Below, in pieces: positions 27,152 through 40,796 of a stretch of DNA of 64,000 bases. Location of the stretch: assembly GCA_030141605.1 (NCBI GenBank), contig JAQGDQ010000510.1:95463-159462 (forward strand), written 5' to 3'. The notes under the pieces are model-generated. The model was not told where the DNA came from. It searched no databases and saw nothing but the letters and a program-made list of their open reading frames with translations. The translations under genes and the position numbers were made by a program. Position 1 is the first letter of the stretch. Every line of letters begins with the position of its first letter. Source of the stretch: Tubiluchus corallicola. Lineage: Eukaryota; Animalia; Priapulida.

Positions 27152-27507
27152 GCAGCAGCAAGCCACACCTTAGCTGGAACAATAGGTTGCCATGGTGTTT
27201 GTGATGCGCAGCAGCGAGCCACAGCTTAGCTGGAACAATAGGTTGCCATGGTGTTTGTGACACGCAGCAGCAAACCACAGCTTAGCTGGAACAATAGGTT
27301 GCCATGGTGTTTGTGACATGCAGCAGCGAACCACAGCTTAGCTGGAACAATAGGTTGCCATGGTGTTTGTGACACGCAGCTGCAAACCACAGCTTAGCTG
27401 GAACAATAGGTTGCCATAGTGTTTGTGATGCGCAGCAGCGAGCCACAGCTTAGCTGGAACAATAGGTTGCCATGGTGTTTGTGATGCGCAGCAGCGAGCC
27501 ACACCTT
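27152..27507. repeat. 56-bp minisatellite, ~6.4 copies, in EXTL2-like intron 3
   Basis: TAGCTGGAACAATAGGTTGCCAT(G/A)GTGTTTGTGA recurs every 56 bp from 27171. Confidence 0.96.
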
Positions 27508-27959
27508 AATGTTTTAAATTGCATTGTAGAGTCAGAAATTATAGATGTAGTCAAACTTTTAAAAGCAATAAAGCAAAAGATGTTCACAATATCCATATGT
27601 CAATTGTTAAAAATGTAATAATGAGCACGGTAAGACCTTTGTCCCACATTTGAAACCTTTCTGAAGATGGAAAAGAAACCAGTTTACAAATTTTAGAACT
27701 GTGTCCTTCTTACCACAGATCTCAAAAACTTTAGAAAAACTGTTTGCATACGGTCTCGAAAAAATTATTGAGAACGAAATCTTGAAGGATTGCCAACACT
27801 GATTCGAACCTCAGCTCTCAAATATGTTGTCTCTGAGTGAACTGGTAGAGAAAATCTCTTCTGTATTCTACAAAAAGAACACACAGTTGGTGTGTTCATA
27901 GACCTTGGAGGGACCACATCATTTCTTTTTTGGAAGTATCATATCAATCTAGACAAAAC

Positions 27960-28320
27960 TCTCTAAAAATGTATGTATTATGTGCGATGTATACATAAAG
28001 CATCTAAATCTTACACGAAAATTCCCAAAAAATTTTAATCTGTTTTTTTTTGCATTGCCATATTTATACTATTGTTGGGGACTATGCGGTTGGGCTTATA
28101 TGACAAGTATAAATCCAGTATTTTACTGCAGGAAAAGGGTGTCAGAACTATAAGTAAAGTTCGTTCAAGAGAGCACGCACATGAACTGTTCAATAATATA
28201 GAACCACTAAAATTGGCTGAAATAATAGATTTAGAAATTCTGCTAATATTACATGCTGCAAATAGAGGCCATTTACTTGGAAATTTACCAAAGAGATTTT
28301 CATCATTTGCAAAATAGGTC
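27960..28320 (+). mobile_element. Decayed CR1/L2-like ORF2 C-terminal remnant
   Basis: LLQEKGVRTISKVRSREHAHELFNNIEPLKL resembles the post-RT region. Confidence 0.55.
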
Positions 28321-28877
28321 TTATAACCTGCGACGTTTCTGCTGCTGTATGAGCACAGACGTAACTAAATGATTATAAATTAGGTAATGTTCGATTCAGA
28401 AAATCTCGACTATCCAATCATTCTATTTGTTTAAGCACTTAAAAGAGATTTAATTGGAAAAAATTAAGAAAAACACGTACATTTTCAAGCACTCCAACAT
28501 TGCCTATTGAGTAATTCAGTCTGGTTTATGCTTGAGTATTGTTCAGGTAGGCAAATGCATTTCATACATCATGTTGCATGAAAATCAATTGTGTGAAACG
28601 TACAAAAATTGTCAAATATAATCACTGATTAGTGAGACCAGTTTTACTTAAAACCCATACAAAAAGCAGTGGACGCTTACGGTCCTGAAGGCCCTGTATA
28701 ATAGACAGTAAAACATAGTAAACATGTACTAGTAAAAAGTTAGGGCATACTGACGTAAAGTCAGCCAAATTTAGATATTATCAAACATTTCACTTGTATT
28801 TACAAAATAATTTTAAGCACAGTCTTAGCTGGCACATCATTCGTTTGTCTGCTTAATACTAATTTTGTTCATTTCAG

Positions 28878-28989
28878 CTACCAAATCGAATATTTGGATT
28901 TGCCTGTCGTGCGCACACTATCGACCACGATGGTTTGTATAGCTACGTTCCAACAACATTGCATGGCAAATACTCCATCATTCTTCCAG
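28878..28989 (+). CDS. EXTL2: EXTL2-like, coding exon 4 (too short for the ORF track)
   Basis: Acceptor tttcAG at 28876-28877. LPNRIFGFACRAH...YSY...KYSIILP matches GT64 P.RIVGF..R.H...YS.VL. Donor G|GTATGA at 28990 (phase 1). Confidence 0.88.
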
Positions 28990-29877
28990 GTATGATTACC
29001 TTACTACAATGCAAACTGTCAAACATCTGTTGGCAAGTACACCCTTTGTAACTTGACATTTGACAAACAGTTATTTGGTAAAATTCAGGGTCTACGGTTA
29101 CTAACTAACTGAACTAAATTAGAGAAAACTAACTTAATTTCCTTAATTTCTATCGAAATTCTACTTTGCTATATTTCAGTTTTCGCACGAAGTTAATTCA
29201 CAGTGATGGGATCAAACATCGTCACCCTTCATTTGTCACTGTGTGATTTTTTATAAGTAATGCGCAGGTTATCACAAACTCTCTAACAGTTGATGGGAGT
29301 TGATTTCCTGCCTAATGTGAATGCGCCGTGGCGTGTTCCTCTCGACAGTACTCGCAATGAACAGAGAATTAGTGTCAGCTTGTACTTTATGCTGGTGAGA
29401 ATCTCAGAGCAAGTTTAAGCTCTCTAGACTTGGCACGCTTGCGAGTTAACTTGAAATATGGCTATTCTGACAGCTCCGTTACGCTTACTCTCACTTAAAT
29501 TTTGAACAACTACTTATGAACCAGTTTTTCCTTCTAACTTCTGCGAAATTCTCTGTCAATTTTTTTTCTCACAAGACAAAAATCTAAATTCCCGCCACCT
29601 ATCGGTCAGATACTTTTTGTCTTTAGCATGTCAGCTTTATAAATTCTATTGCTCTGGACATCTTAATATTCTTACTGTAGCATCTTGCCTTCAGTGGTAA
29701 TTGGCCTTGTTTGAGGGCAACGTTATTTATGTTTCCAGTTTCTTAATTCAGAAGTTTTCATAATAATGTTTTCAATAAACGTTGCAATATCATCACTTAG
29801 CTCACTAAAAATTTCTGACTTTGTTTGCGAATCTTTTCCTGGAGTTTGTCACTAACTTCATACACATATTTTTACAG

Positions 29878-30218
29878 CTCCAATGTTGCTTCACCGAAGC
29901 TACTTCCACATCTTCAATAATTTCCCAGCGGCTGTTTTCCGGATGATAGACAAGTACAACAACTGCGATGACATTGCTGTAAACTTTGCTGTATCACTGT
30001 TCTTACAAGATTCACCAGGAATGTGTGTATTGCCTAGAAAACACAGAAGAATAGATAAATTGGGAAGGCACTTTAAAGGCTTACAGAATTCGTACAAGCA
30101 TCATTATAACAGATCAAGGTGTCTTAATGAACTTGTTGAGATTTATGGTTTAATGCCATTGCATTATAATGACATTTTCGTTGCAACAATCAAAAGAAAT
30201 ACAAAACAACACATTTAA
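29878..30218 (+). CDS. EXTL2: EXTL2-like, terminal coding exon
   Basis: Acceptor ttacAG at 29876-29877. Encodes NNCDDIAVNF and HHYNRSRCLNELVEIYGLMPL. The five exons sum to 930 nt = 309 aa + stop. Confidence 0.92.
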
Positions 30219-31339
30219 TTTTTCCAAAAAATGCTCTTTGCAAAAAAAAGAAAGTTTCGTGTGCTATGAATAAGACATGAAGCTTTATGTAGCTTCAATG
30301 GTGAAAAGCATTTTGTGTCGAAGATCGTTTCCGATCATTGTAAAGGTTAATTCTAGATACTCTGGTGCAGGTTGCAGATAAATATGAATAACAAAATGTA
30401 AATTTTTTGTTACATGTATTAGTTATTAAAGTGCGCTTATTCCATTAATCTGAATCTAGTATCCCGTCAATATCATAATTTGTGAAAGTCGTAGTCTAAT
30501 TTCGTCGCACACATCTGAGCTCAATATGTTCTTCATAATGCGTCGTACCGATTATGATGAGATGTGTTTCTGATTGCTGCAGCCATTTGGGATAGAAATA
30601 GATAAAGGAATAGCAATTGTCTCAGGAATATTTCTTGCTGTTTGTAACATAAATGACGTAAAAGAAAAGGTCGTTCAAACTGATGCAGCAGTGTATCAAG
30701 AAAAATATGCGAAAGAATGACTTATAGCACTGCTACAACATCATGATGTCTGATATTAAAAAAGTTCGTCATAAAATCAGGAGTGAGAGTGGAGGGGCTG
30801 CAAAATGTGAATTGACAAAAAATCTTGCGTGTTTAATAGAAGAATTATTAACAAGATTCGTCAACACTAGTGGAACTGATATTAGCGTACAGGAGCCTCA
30901 GATACATGCTCTATATTCAGTGACCCCCCCCCTGCCTGACATGAGTTTGAAGTTTACTAACAGTGAAGAATTTGAAACAGCCGCTATTGTGTCTCACCGA
31001 AACCAACATTAATTTTGTGGGTAAGAAGTCTAGTGATGTATTTTACAGTGGCAGTACGCATTAGATATTTGAAGTCAATTTATATCAGATGATTGACTCC
31101 GACCCCTGGGGCTCTTAGGTCCGGTCAAACCTGCAACAATAACTTACTTTTTAAATCAAGATGTGTAATAAATCTCAATCCTCCGAGTTTGCTAACTTGG
31201 CTTTGCAGTCAGCCTTTAACTATCCGTTAATGCTCCGTTGTCTACAGATAATCCGCTTTCAGTAGTAGTATGTACCTGTTACTTTTATGCCAGTAAAAAG
31301 ATAAAGTTGACACTGCTGTAACAGTTGCGATTATTATAA

Positions 31340-31840
31340 TTTCATTTGCAATTTCTTCAAGGTTGAACCCTGCAATAGAACAACGATTTTCTCAATTAGT
31401 AAACTGAAACTACTGGCAGTTGAAAGCACTGATAGTTTTATCCAAGAAATAGCTAGCAAAACAGGAATTGAAATACGTAGCACGGACATTTCCGTTAGCA
31501 TCGCGTTCCTGTAAAATCAGGAACTCCGCCTGTTACAGTCGGAGTCAAATAGTCAATAGTGTACAGTATAGTAGTCAAACGCTCCAAGAAATCTGTCAGG
31601 GACTCATTGTTTAAAAACAAGAAGAGCTGTCCTACTACTGATGTAGTGGTCCACCAGAGCATATAATTTCGGATGACCCTAATTTGCCTGAGTATGTCCA
31701 TCTTTGAGAAGCCATTATTCCTACAAGAAGTTCAACTATCCAAACGAAAAAAAAAACAAGTAAAGTACCATGCTTTTTATTACCACAGCCGGCTTTGTTT
31801 CTGCCCAGAGGACGTCACCTGTTATGCATGGCACCATGAA
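31340..31840 (+). mobile_element. Decayed LINE ORF1-like remnant
   Basis: IASKTGIEIRSTDIS..HRVP-type RRM segment with frameshifts. Confidence 0.5.
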
Positions 31841-34800
31841 ATTTTCTGGGTTTAGACTAATAGGGACACAAAGTCATTTGCACACACAAAACGTTTACAC
31901 TAAGAGTTTTGCACACACAGAACATTTGAACACTAGGAACTTTTGACATAGAATATTTAGACACGTAGGCCTTAACCGTTTCGATACAAAAAGCAGCATT
32001 AGAATTCAGTAGGGAAATCGTAGGATTTAGCAACACTGGTTAGTTAATTATACTCTGTTCTTGAAGATGAGTGTATTGAAGCCGCGTTTGCACGTTTTTG
32101 TGTCTAGTAAAGTGTAGATGAAGCAAATGATGTGGTCATGTTTCGCCCTACATTTAATAGTTCTCACATTATGCTTATGCAACATTAAGCCCTATTCATA
32201 CTGTATGTTTAATTAATTGATATGTAGGATATTTAGCTACTGGCAGTGATAGTTAATTGTATTATTAATTTTTGATATTTTGTTAGGATGTAGGCACCTA
32301 CTAACAAACCCCCTTTTGAATTCCGTCTGACCCACTCTTGTCTGCCCTATCGCGGCTGTAATGCAGTGGCTAAGTCAAGGTTAACGATAGTGCACAGGTG
32401 AATAAAATTATAGCTGTTTAAGCGAGTGGCTTCTCGATGAACTTCGTTCAACACTGTTTAGATAGAGACGGCAACTTGACACAGAACGAGACAGGTCGTT
32501 TACTCGTCTCTGTGAAGTTATATTTTTTTGAAGAGAAATGCCGTACTAGAAAGTTTCACACAAGATATGGTGTGTATTGTACATGGTGATACTGTGAGAG
32601 CCTAGTTGTTGTAAGCTGTGGTCGTCAACCAGAGTTGTCCAGAGATGCTGGCTTGCAGTCTGCAGTGGAGGTACCCACTGACTGACAAATGGATCGACCT
32701 ATTACAGAACCACATCCAGGGTGGTAACAGGTACTTTTCGCTTTTGTTACGATCGTAACTAACGTCGCACTGATAACGTAAACATCACGTATACTAGCCT
32801 AATGTTCTTCGATGCTACTTGCTGGGTAAAGACTAATTGGTAGTTTCTCTGACGAAGTTTGGAATCACAACTGTATTCAGACGCAGAGGTTACCACGTAT
32901 TGCCACCGTTCTACAAACTGTTCGCTTTAAAGAAAAAGTGTTCCAAAAAAAACCTAGGTTCATAGCGGGCAGACATGAACTTTATTCAAACGTATATACC
33001 CTACTAACCCTAAGCTTTGTCAACGTTGCTATATTTTTGTTATTACTGAACTTTTGCTTAAACTAAATCTCTTTGAAATTTGTTGATGATTCAATTGTTT
33101 GATTAATTATTTTAATATCTGCCACTTCATCTTTCTTTTTCTTCAGACCCATTAGTATATAGGTCAAAGTCCCCGTATTTTTAACATCCGCCTTAGGCCG
33201 ATCTGCATCCATACATTTAGTGACTATGATACTAGCTCCATTCCGTTATGAAATGTAAAACTAACGCAATATGCCCCTCTTTGATTCCCCTATAGGAAAT
33301 ACAAGGTCAGGGTCATCACAATGGTGGCAGCGGTTTGAAAGTAATTGCCACAGTATAACAGTTGTAGCAATGGTTTGTCATAATTAATTTGACATCAGTT
33401 TACAGCAGTAGGAGTGATTGTTTTTCTTCATTCTAGTACATGCGAACTTTGTAATTTGCGTCGTTTTTGTGAGTTTCAAGTTTTAGCAACTAAACTTTAG
33501 GAAAGAGCTGTCTATCATTGCAAGAAATTTGATATCTATGTTGGTAATACTAATCAGTTCATACTGAGTTGTACCGTAAATCATAAATGCCTAATATCTG
33601 CAATTTTTACTAGACTGATAAAACCCTATGCTTGTTTATGCTAAAATACCTGTTTTGTGTGTCACCACGTGATTTTCTATTTACGGTTAAGTTTTGTGTT
33701 TTCAAGGTAATAAGTTGTTATTGCGTGAATGCCCGTACATAGGTGTATTTGACATAGTAACTGGCTTCATAGTATTTGCGTGGAAATTTTTCTCTGGCTA
33801 TAGATCCCTGAAATACACAGTGCAAACAGACTTTCTTATAAAGCACTGTCTGAACTTAGCGCATAAATTACCATAGCATTACTTGTGCGTATTTTGCCTT
33901 AGTCTATTTTAAGCGTTTTTTTCTGCTTACCTATACAGTTACTACAGTATAACTCTTGTGAATTAGCAACCTTATCCAATACATTAATACATTCACTCAA
34001 ACAATTAATACATAATGCCATCTAAAATTGTTTTGACGATAGAAGTTGAACTTTTGGAAACAGCAAAATCATTTGGTTAACCACCATCAGGTAGCAAGCA
34101 AGAACTAATAACTCGCATATTAGCATTCCAGAATTTTGTTGCATCTGACATTCCTGATGAAGTTAGTCCTGATGAAGGCACAGTTCAGGAAGGAGATGTT
34201 AGTCCCCCTGATACGCAGCTGACACAGCAGACTGCACGTGACGACGAGGGTGCTACGGCCGAGCTCCCTGTCACATATTACATATGTTTTATTACATATG
34301 GGCGAGGTACCGCCGGCTAATGTCTTCACTAGACATGCAATAGAATGCATTACAATAAGCATTAGATAGATATCTTTTAACATCAGTAGAACAGTAGCTG
34401 AATATTCTAATAAGTAGGTTTGCGCGACAGTAGTATCTTTGATTGACAATGTCTAGGTTGCAAATTCGGTTACAATTCGAAATAAGAGATTCATACATTT
34501 CGAATCACTTAATTATTAATTAGTAAAAATCCGTGGTTAAACACTTCTCACTCCGTAATTATCACGTCTTTAAACTCGCACGCACACGCACGTAAGCAAC
34601 CATCCACCTAGGATACTTATGCCATAATAACGCCATCTAACTCAACGTAAAGCCCCAATACCCAGTTGTTAAGGCCCCGACTCACACGCAACAGCTTAGA
34701 GGTGCCAATGAAACTTGAGGGTTATTCTACTTTACAAGTTGGAGGGGTGAAAACAACATAAAATAAAAATAAAATTCCCGGGTCCATAAACCACTCAGCG

Positions 34801-36639
34801 TTACAACACCCACTATACTAATACAGGAATTGGTTAATGCTTTCTAACACAGGAATTGGTTAATGCTTTAGTAAGAAAGAATAGTATATGAAATTGTCTA
34901 GCACGTTTCCAGGTGAAAGCCTCATGGAGAGATCTTTGAAATTTAAATCTGGTATAAGACAGACAGGGAGCATCGGCGTCTGCTTTTTTATTTATAGTAT
35001 TCATTGATAAATTATTGAGTATGCTTGAAAATAAATTCGCACCAGCAATTATTATTGATAGGATATATTGTGCATGCTGATAATACTGTAGTGTTTATCA
35101 AAAAATTATGGGCAATGGGGCGCTTGTTTAAAGAGAAAAAAATGAAGGTTAGCCGGTCATAGTTTGATATCATGGTATATAGCGCAAAAATTTGTCAGTG
35201 ATAAAGACCCCATTGTATTGCAACTTGGTGTTGTGAAAGCAAATCGAAAGCGATGTATTTAGATGTGTTATTACTGATAAAGGTGATGCGGATGGCAATG
35301 CTATTCTAGCGATAAAACAAAATCTGTCGAATTTAACTGCAACGTTTGTGAAGAGCACCTTTGCATGTGGCAAAGTGCATTTCAGAAGCATGTGATCAGT
35401 CTACACTGTTACATGACCGTGAAACATGGAGGAAAAGCACACAAAGCAGTACATATCTGACAAAAAAATATGAATGCTTTCAAAATTATGTTGAAGTAAG
35501 AAGCTTGCAATGATATAATTGATATTGAAACTAATATGAATTGTGTGGAAGGGTTAATAAAAGCAACACTTTAGGAAAAGACAAAAGAATTAAACACGAC
35601 GTCATGGGAAATAAAATTTGTAATAATGCCTTAAACGAAAATCTAGATTATCTTTATCAGTATGAGAATATGTTAATAAATAACAGGATGTTCAAAAGTA
35701 AAGATATAATGATTATATTAATAATGAATGTTAATCGCTATAAACAGCGAAACTGAAAACTAGTGAAACAACAAAAAGGAAATTTGATAGACGATTAGAT
35801 ACTGGCTGTAAAGTACTTCTAGTAAAGATAGTATCAATTATCAGTTAGCTAATAATGGGGTTCCAGATGGTCAACGTATTGAAATTACAAAATTAATAAC
35901 GAGTTCGCATGACTTAAGAGGGGAACAGGAAGGTGGGAGCGGCTAACAAAAGAAGAAAGAAAGTGTTTAATATGTAACACAGAAATAGTAGAAAATGTAC
36001 AACGTTTTTGATTGATTGTAATACATTAAGAGACACAAGGAAAAATAATTACAGGTTTGGTGGACTTGGCGGACAGCAATGATTGTGTTATATTTAGTCA
36101 AGGGTAGAAAGTGACTTATAATGCTTAATCACTGGTCCAGCACCCCAAGGTTCTGAGCTGTGCGAGTAGATGATCCTTAAAATAACTTCTGTTCTGTTTT
36201 TCTACACATCAATACAGTTTGTCATAGTTTTCTTTTGTTTATAGTTTTCATACTCTCTGTTACACTTTTTTTTACTGTTCTGTTAAGTGAAACATCACCA
36301 AAAGCATGAATTAAAGAATAATATTTAGATTAATATTTTCTTATATCTCTCAAAAATTTCGACAACAAGCAGTTAATTAATTTATTAGCAGCTGATAATA
36401 CAATTAAAAAATTAATTAAAAAGGGTTTTTGTTTTTCTTTTCTGCACTGAGGGTGCTGGATGAAAGTTCATGATCTCGAATGTTGCCATCATAGAAAATT
36501 GATAAGAATCACTGCTCTAGAGTCCAAACTTCCAATTATAGCATTACTTCATGAAGGCGCATGTGTATTCGATATCTGTGTTTCTTCAGTTTCCCTTTAT
36601 GCAATAGGCTGTCTGAAAACCCTCACGCTCAGCACCTGT

Positions 36640-36735
36640 TTAGCTACACATTTCATGCGCTACCATATCAGTTATTGCTGAGTTTATCGGTCCATACTGG
36701 CTGACGTAGTCGGGCTGACTCTTTTTGTAAGGTCT
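36640..36735 (-). CDS. CPED1: CPED1-like (cadherin-like + PC-esterase) terminal exon
   Basis: Acceptor ttgttccAG. RPYKKSQPDYVSQYGPINSAITDMVAHEMCS* matches the CPED1 C-terminal GPIN...MC pattern; phase 0. Confidence 0.8.
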   Translation of the reverse strand, partial: RPYKKSQPDYVSQYGPINSAITDMVAHEMCS

Positions 36736-37639
36736 CTGGAACAAGAAAATAAAGCATATAACAGTCGAAAGAAGTTGCTCTACTTTTGGTTAGTACACAC
36801 ATTCCAGATTCCAACAAAAGTACAGCATAGATACAGCGACACGCAAAAAAGCCTAATCATTGAAGGGGCAGACACATTCAAAGCTAATTTTATTATATTT
36901 ATAAACCCACTTAAAGTGACTTTTATTATTGTCGTTGACAGCCCATTGAACGTAACTTCTTACAACACAATTTAAATAAAATTAAAATGTGATTGCGAAA
37001 GAGGAATGACTTTCAATAAAAAAAAACGGGGTCTGTTATTTTTACTAATAAAAGTACTACTTTTAGACACCCGATCTGCTTTTGCTGTAAAGTAAAATAG
37101 AAAAATTTGTCAAACAAACATTTAGGATTAATCTTAACTAGCATTCTATCTTGGAAAACACATATTGCCAGTATTGTATCTAAAACCTCTAAAGTCTAAA
37201 AGGTTATATCCTTCTTGAAGAGTTAAATTCAAACTTAACAAGCATTCATTAGATAACAATATAAGATAACTATATAAGTCACACGCAAGGCCCTTGCAGG
37301 AATACTTTGATGTGTTTGTGGGAATGGAACGGCGTCATGTTCTGCAGCAATATCATGCTGATTGTTTCTAAAGCACTACATGGTTCGAGCCATGAGACGC
37401 TGCTACTTGAATAAGTCTGGGAGAGTTCGCCAGTTCGAAGATACATGCATACATTTTCCAGGTTCAGTAAAATACTCAGTGGAAATGCTATTAAATACTT
37501 TACTAATATTGTAACTAAAAGAGTGCATGGGCCACTTCGAAATGTACATTGTCTTACACCAACGAGATATAGGAGAAGTTATTTTAAAAGTGAGCTTCAC
37601 TTCGCCTCACCTTTCTCGTCATCCATCTTAATGGCTTCA

Positions 37640-37840
37640 AATAAATGTTTAGTTCATGACAGGACTGTGGGGGGGGGGGGGGGGGTAATCTGTGTGGTGG
37701 TGCTCTGTGATTACTGTGATCGGTGGGCTCACCTGAAATGTACGTCTTTGACCTTGTCTGACTTCTTGAATCTGGGTAATGATCACAGTGACTGGTTTTG
37801 GGAATGCTGCCTTGAAACGATATTTCCTTTTAATCCCTAG
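37640..37840 (+). mobile_element. PHD-finger remnant typical of CR1/L2 elements
   Basis: LCDYCDRWAHLKCT...WF.ECCLETIFPFN. Further LINE 3' remnants at ~38200-38340 and ~39000-39300 (RLRLGANSLNYSLH). Confidence 0.65.
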
Positions 37841-39647
37841 CCATCCAAGGGATTTTTGTATTACAATAACGACCAAGCGGGGTAACAAATTGCCCCATGA
37901 AAATTTTGCTTAATATGTTTTGCTAACATAGGATAGAACGACCAACTAGCAAAAGTGGTGCCTTGTTAGTGCAAAACCAGATTCTGGGTCAAGTTGTCAT
38001 AATTATATGAGGTAGGAAGGAACAAAGAGGCAGTCCACCATTGTACGATATTGCTTATGCTATATTGTTTTCGCGTGGTTTATCAAGTCTTGTGACATAA
38101 TAAACTATTTATTCTGGGACATCTACTTTGTCTTTACTTGCTGTCTAAAATTCCATCTTCGTCAGCTTCAACTACCTGTACTACAAACGTTCTCACCATA
38201 TTTAATGAACAATGTACACAAAATTTAAAATGAAATTTCCTCAGCAGATCGTTAGAAAAATCACTTAGAAAAATAATTGCCATGGTACGTGTTCAAGGTA
38301 AACATTTGGTGCTGCCAGAAAGAAAATTATTGCTATGTAAGCTCAAAAATTTTGCCTACATAAAAACACCAGGCGGGGTAATAAGTTAGTCAGGTAGTAT
38401 CTGTCACTCGTGCTTTGTAAAGCAGCATGAATAACGGTTTTCAACAAAACCAAGGTATGGATGCATGCCAAATTGCAAAATATTTGATCATTACTAGATT
38501 GATAATTTTTGTTGTATGCATCCATATAAAATGTGAACAAACACAGTTGTGGTGATATTTTGTCCCTGTAGCCTTGGTAGGCTAAGGGTTTATTCTATTG
38601 CTGAATGCTGTGTTCCAAACGCTGGTTGTCACTTACAGACCATTCCAGTTTACATAAATGACTTATCAGGATATAGCCTGTGTATTGCATTTTCACCATT
38701 ATCACATCATCAATTTTTTTATTTTGACCTTTTTTCTTCTCGTCTACTTACATTGCCTTTTTGCCCCCTTATTTCACCGTCATGTCATCTCTTTTCATTG
38801 TGCATCTCTTTTGGTCTTTTCCAAGTTCCAACTTTTAACTCAGCTGCAAGCAGTTACATCATTTTGTTCTCTAATTGATTGCTCAATTGGTAATTAATTG
38901 TAGTCATTTTGTTTTCAGTTTGTGAAATTGTATGTAATATATCTGTGTATGTAACTGTAATGGTGCTTTTGTCTAATAAATACATAAAAAAAAATTTTCC
39001 TATCTTTCCTATAAAAAATGGAACCAACTGTTGCCATCACGTTGTAATAGCACAACTGTATCCAGCTTCAAATGATCCCATATTCAACAGTATTCCCTTC
39101 ATGTAAACCATGTTACGTCATATTAAACCTTTCTGGATCTCGTTATGCAGTTGTGATGCTATGTTGGCTTAGACTTGGGGCTAATTCGTTAAACTACTCG
39201 TTGCATATGAGACAGATAGGCCCCCTCCTTTTTGTAGCCATTGTTATTTTGTGGTTGAAGACCCTGTTCATTACTTATTACGAAGTACAATAATTCAGAT
39301 CTTTATTGCTAACCACACCTTGCAATCACACCTTAATTTTTGTAATTATTCAGCTGGCCAGTATAGTGAATTACTAATGTAAGGGTCAGACATATTACCT
39401 GATTTTATTAACAAATTGCTTGCAAGGTAGCTGTATTGTAAACTCATTATTATATTCTTCAATGTAAACGTCTAATATAATGCTTTGTGTACTAACAGTT
39501 CACGTCTGTCAGTTGTTGTAATGAAGTGTTATATATATATAGTGATGTTACATATATTTCATTGTGTACAAATGTAAGTGTAATATTTTAAGCGCATGGT
39601 TAAATACAGCTGCTGTGGCATGTAAAGATACATTGTACAGGTCATAC

Positions 39648-39806
39648 CGTGCATCTGTGAAAGTGGCACTGGCAAGATCCGTAATAGTCCCTAAATCTTG
39701 CAATTGATGGACTGAAAGCGTCAACATATCGTATCCATCTCTGGCCAGATAATGCTATGTTCTTCGTTATATCCTTTGTCATCAATGCGAGCGATGTAGC
39801 TCTCTC
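39648..39806 (-). CDS. CPED1: CPED1-like exon
   Basis: 159 nt, phase 0-0. YVDAFSPSIARFRDYYGSCQCHFH matches CPED1 VDTF..T..RYKEF..GKCGCHFH. Confidence 0.88.
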
Positions 39807-39821
39807 CTAAGGTAAGCATAT

Positions 39822-39890
<69 letters not shown>

Positions 39891-40243
39891 CTACTACTAG
39901 TAGTAGTAGTAGTAGTGGTAGTGGTAGTGGTAGTGGTAGTGGTAGTGGTAGTGGTAGTGGTAGCGGTAGCGGTAGCGGTAGCGGTAGCGGTAGCGGTAGC
40001 GGTAGCGGTAGCGGTAGCGGTAGCGGTAGCGGTAGCGGTAGCGGTAGCGGTAGCGGTAGCGGTAGCGGCAGCGGTAGCGGCAGCGGTAGCAGTAGCAGTA
40101 GCAGTAGCAGTAGTAGTAGTAGCAGTAGTAGTCGTGGTAGTAGTAGTAGTAGCAGTAGCAGTAGCAGTAGCAGTAGCAGTAGCAGTAGCAGCAGCCGCCG
40201 CCGCCGCCGCCGCCGCCGACGCAGCAGCAGCAGCAGCAGTAGT
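39822..40243. repeat. Compound microsatellite (TAG)n/(GGTAGT)n/(GGTAGC)n/(GCC)n/(GCA)n
   Basis: Directly visible. It accounts for the low-complexity ORFs at 39721-40346. Confidence 0.97.
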
Positions 40244-40696
40244 AATTTGCCTTCGGGAAATTTTCTTTGCGTTTCTATCATTTAAAATCATGTTTACTAA
40301 GCGTTTGCGAAATCGTTCATTAAAGGGAAAGAAAAGGGAATTTTAAAGTAAATTTAAAGATCTGTTTGAAAGACTTACAATAATGTTTAAATGTTTTTCA
40401 ATAATTTAAAATGTTCACAGCACAAGGTAAAATGGCTGTGTCAAAAGGTTATTTCCCTTATTTACAATGTACGGTAACTCACATTTCTGCTTAGTTAATA
40501 AAGTATGTCCTACGAATGCTCTGGCTCTGAGCAGTATGTAAGCAATATAAAATTTCATGTCTCATTTTTAAGCTGTATTTATGGAGAATAATTTCTTGTG
40601 CTTTGCTTGAAAAAAAATTTTCTTTTTCAGTTTTTTCTGTCTGTGTGTAGCAATATAGGTTCGTTAGAAATTTCTTATTTTAATGCTAAGTATTAC

Positions 40697-40796
40697 CTTA
40701 GGTGTTTGCCCTGTATCGGGTATATTAGAACCAATTTTGTAAAAAAATCCCGCTGATACACCTTTTATTATCAATTTGATATCGCTAATCTTTTCT
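40697..40796 (-). CDS. CPED1: CPED1-like exon
   Basis: 100 nt, phase 2-0. (R)EKISDIKLIIKGVSAGF matches CPED1 RENL..I.VIIKTLG.GF. AG/GT flanks present. Confidence 0.82.

Noticed and set aside
27152-27507. CRISPR-like array
   Set aside because: The units are near-identical along their whole length with no unique spacers, there are no cas genes, and the site is a eukaryotic intron.
30550-31012. Possible transposase or gene remnant
   Set aside because: Interrupted frames without diagnostic motifs.
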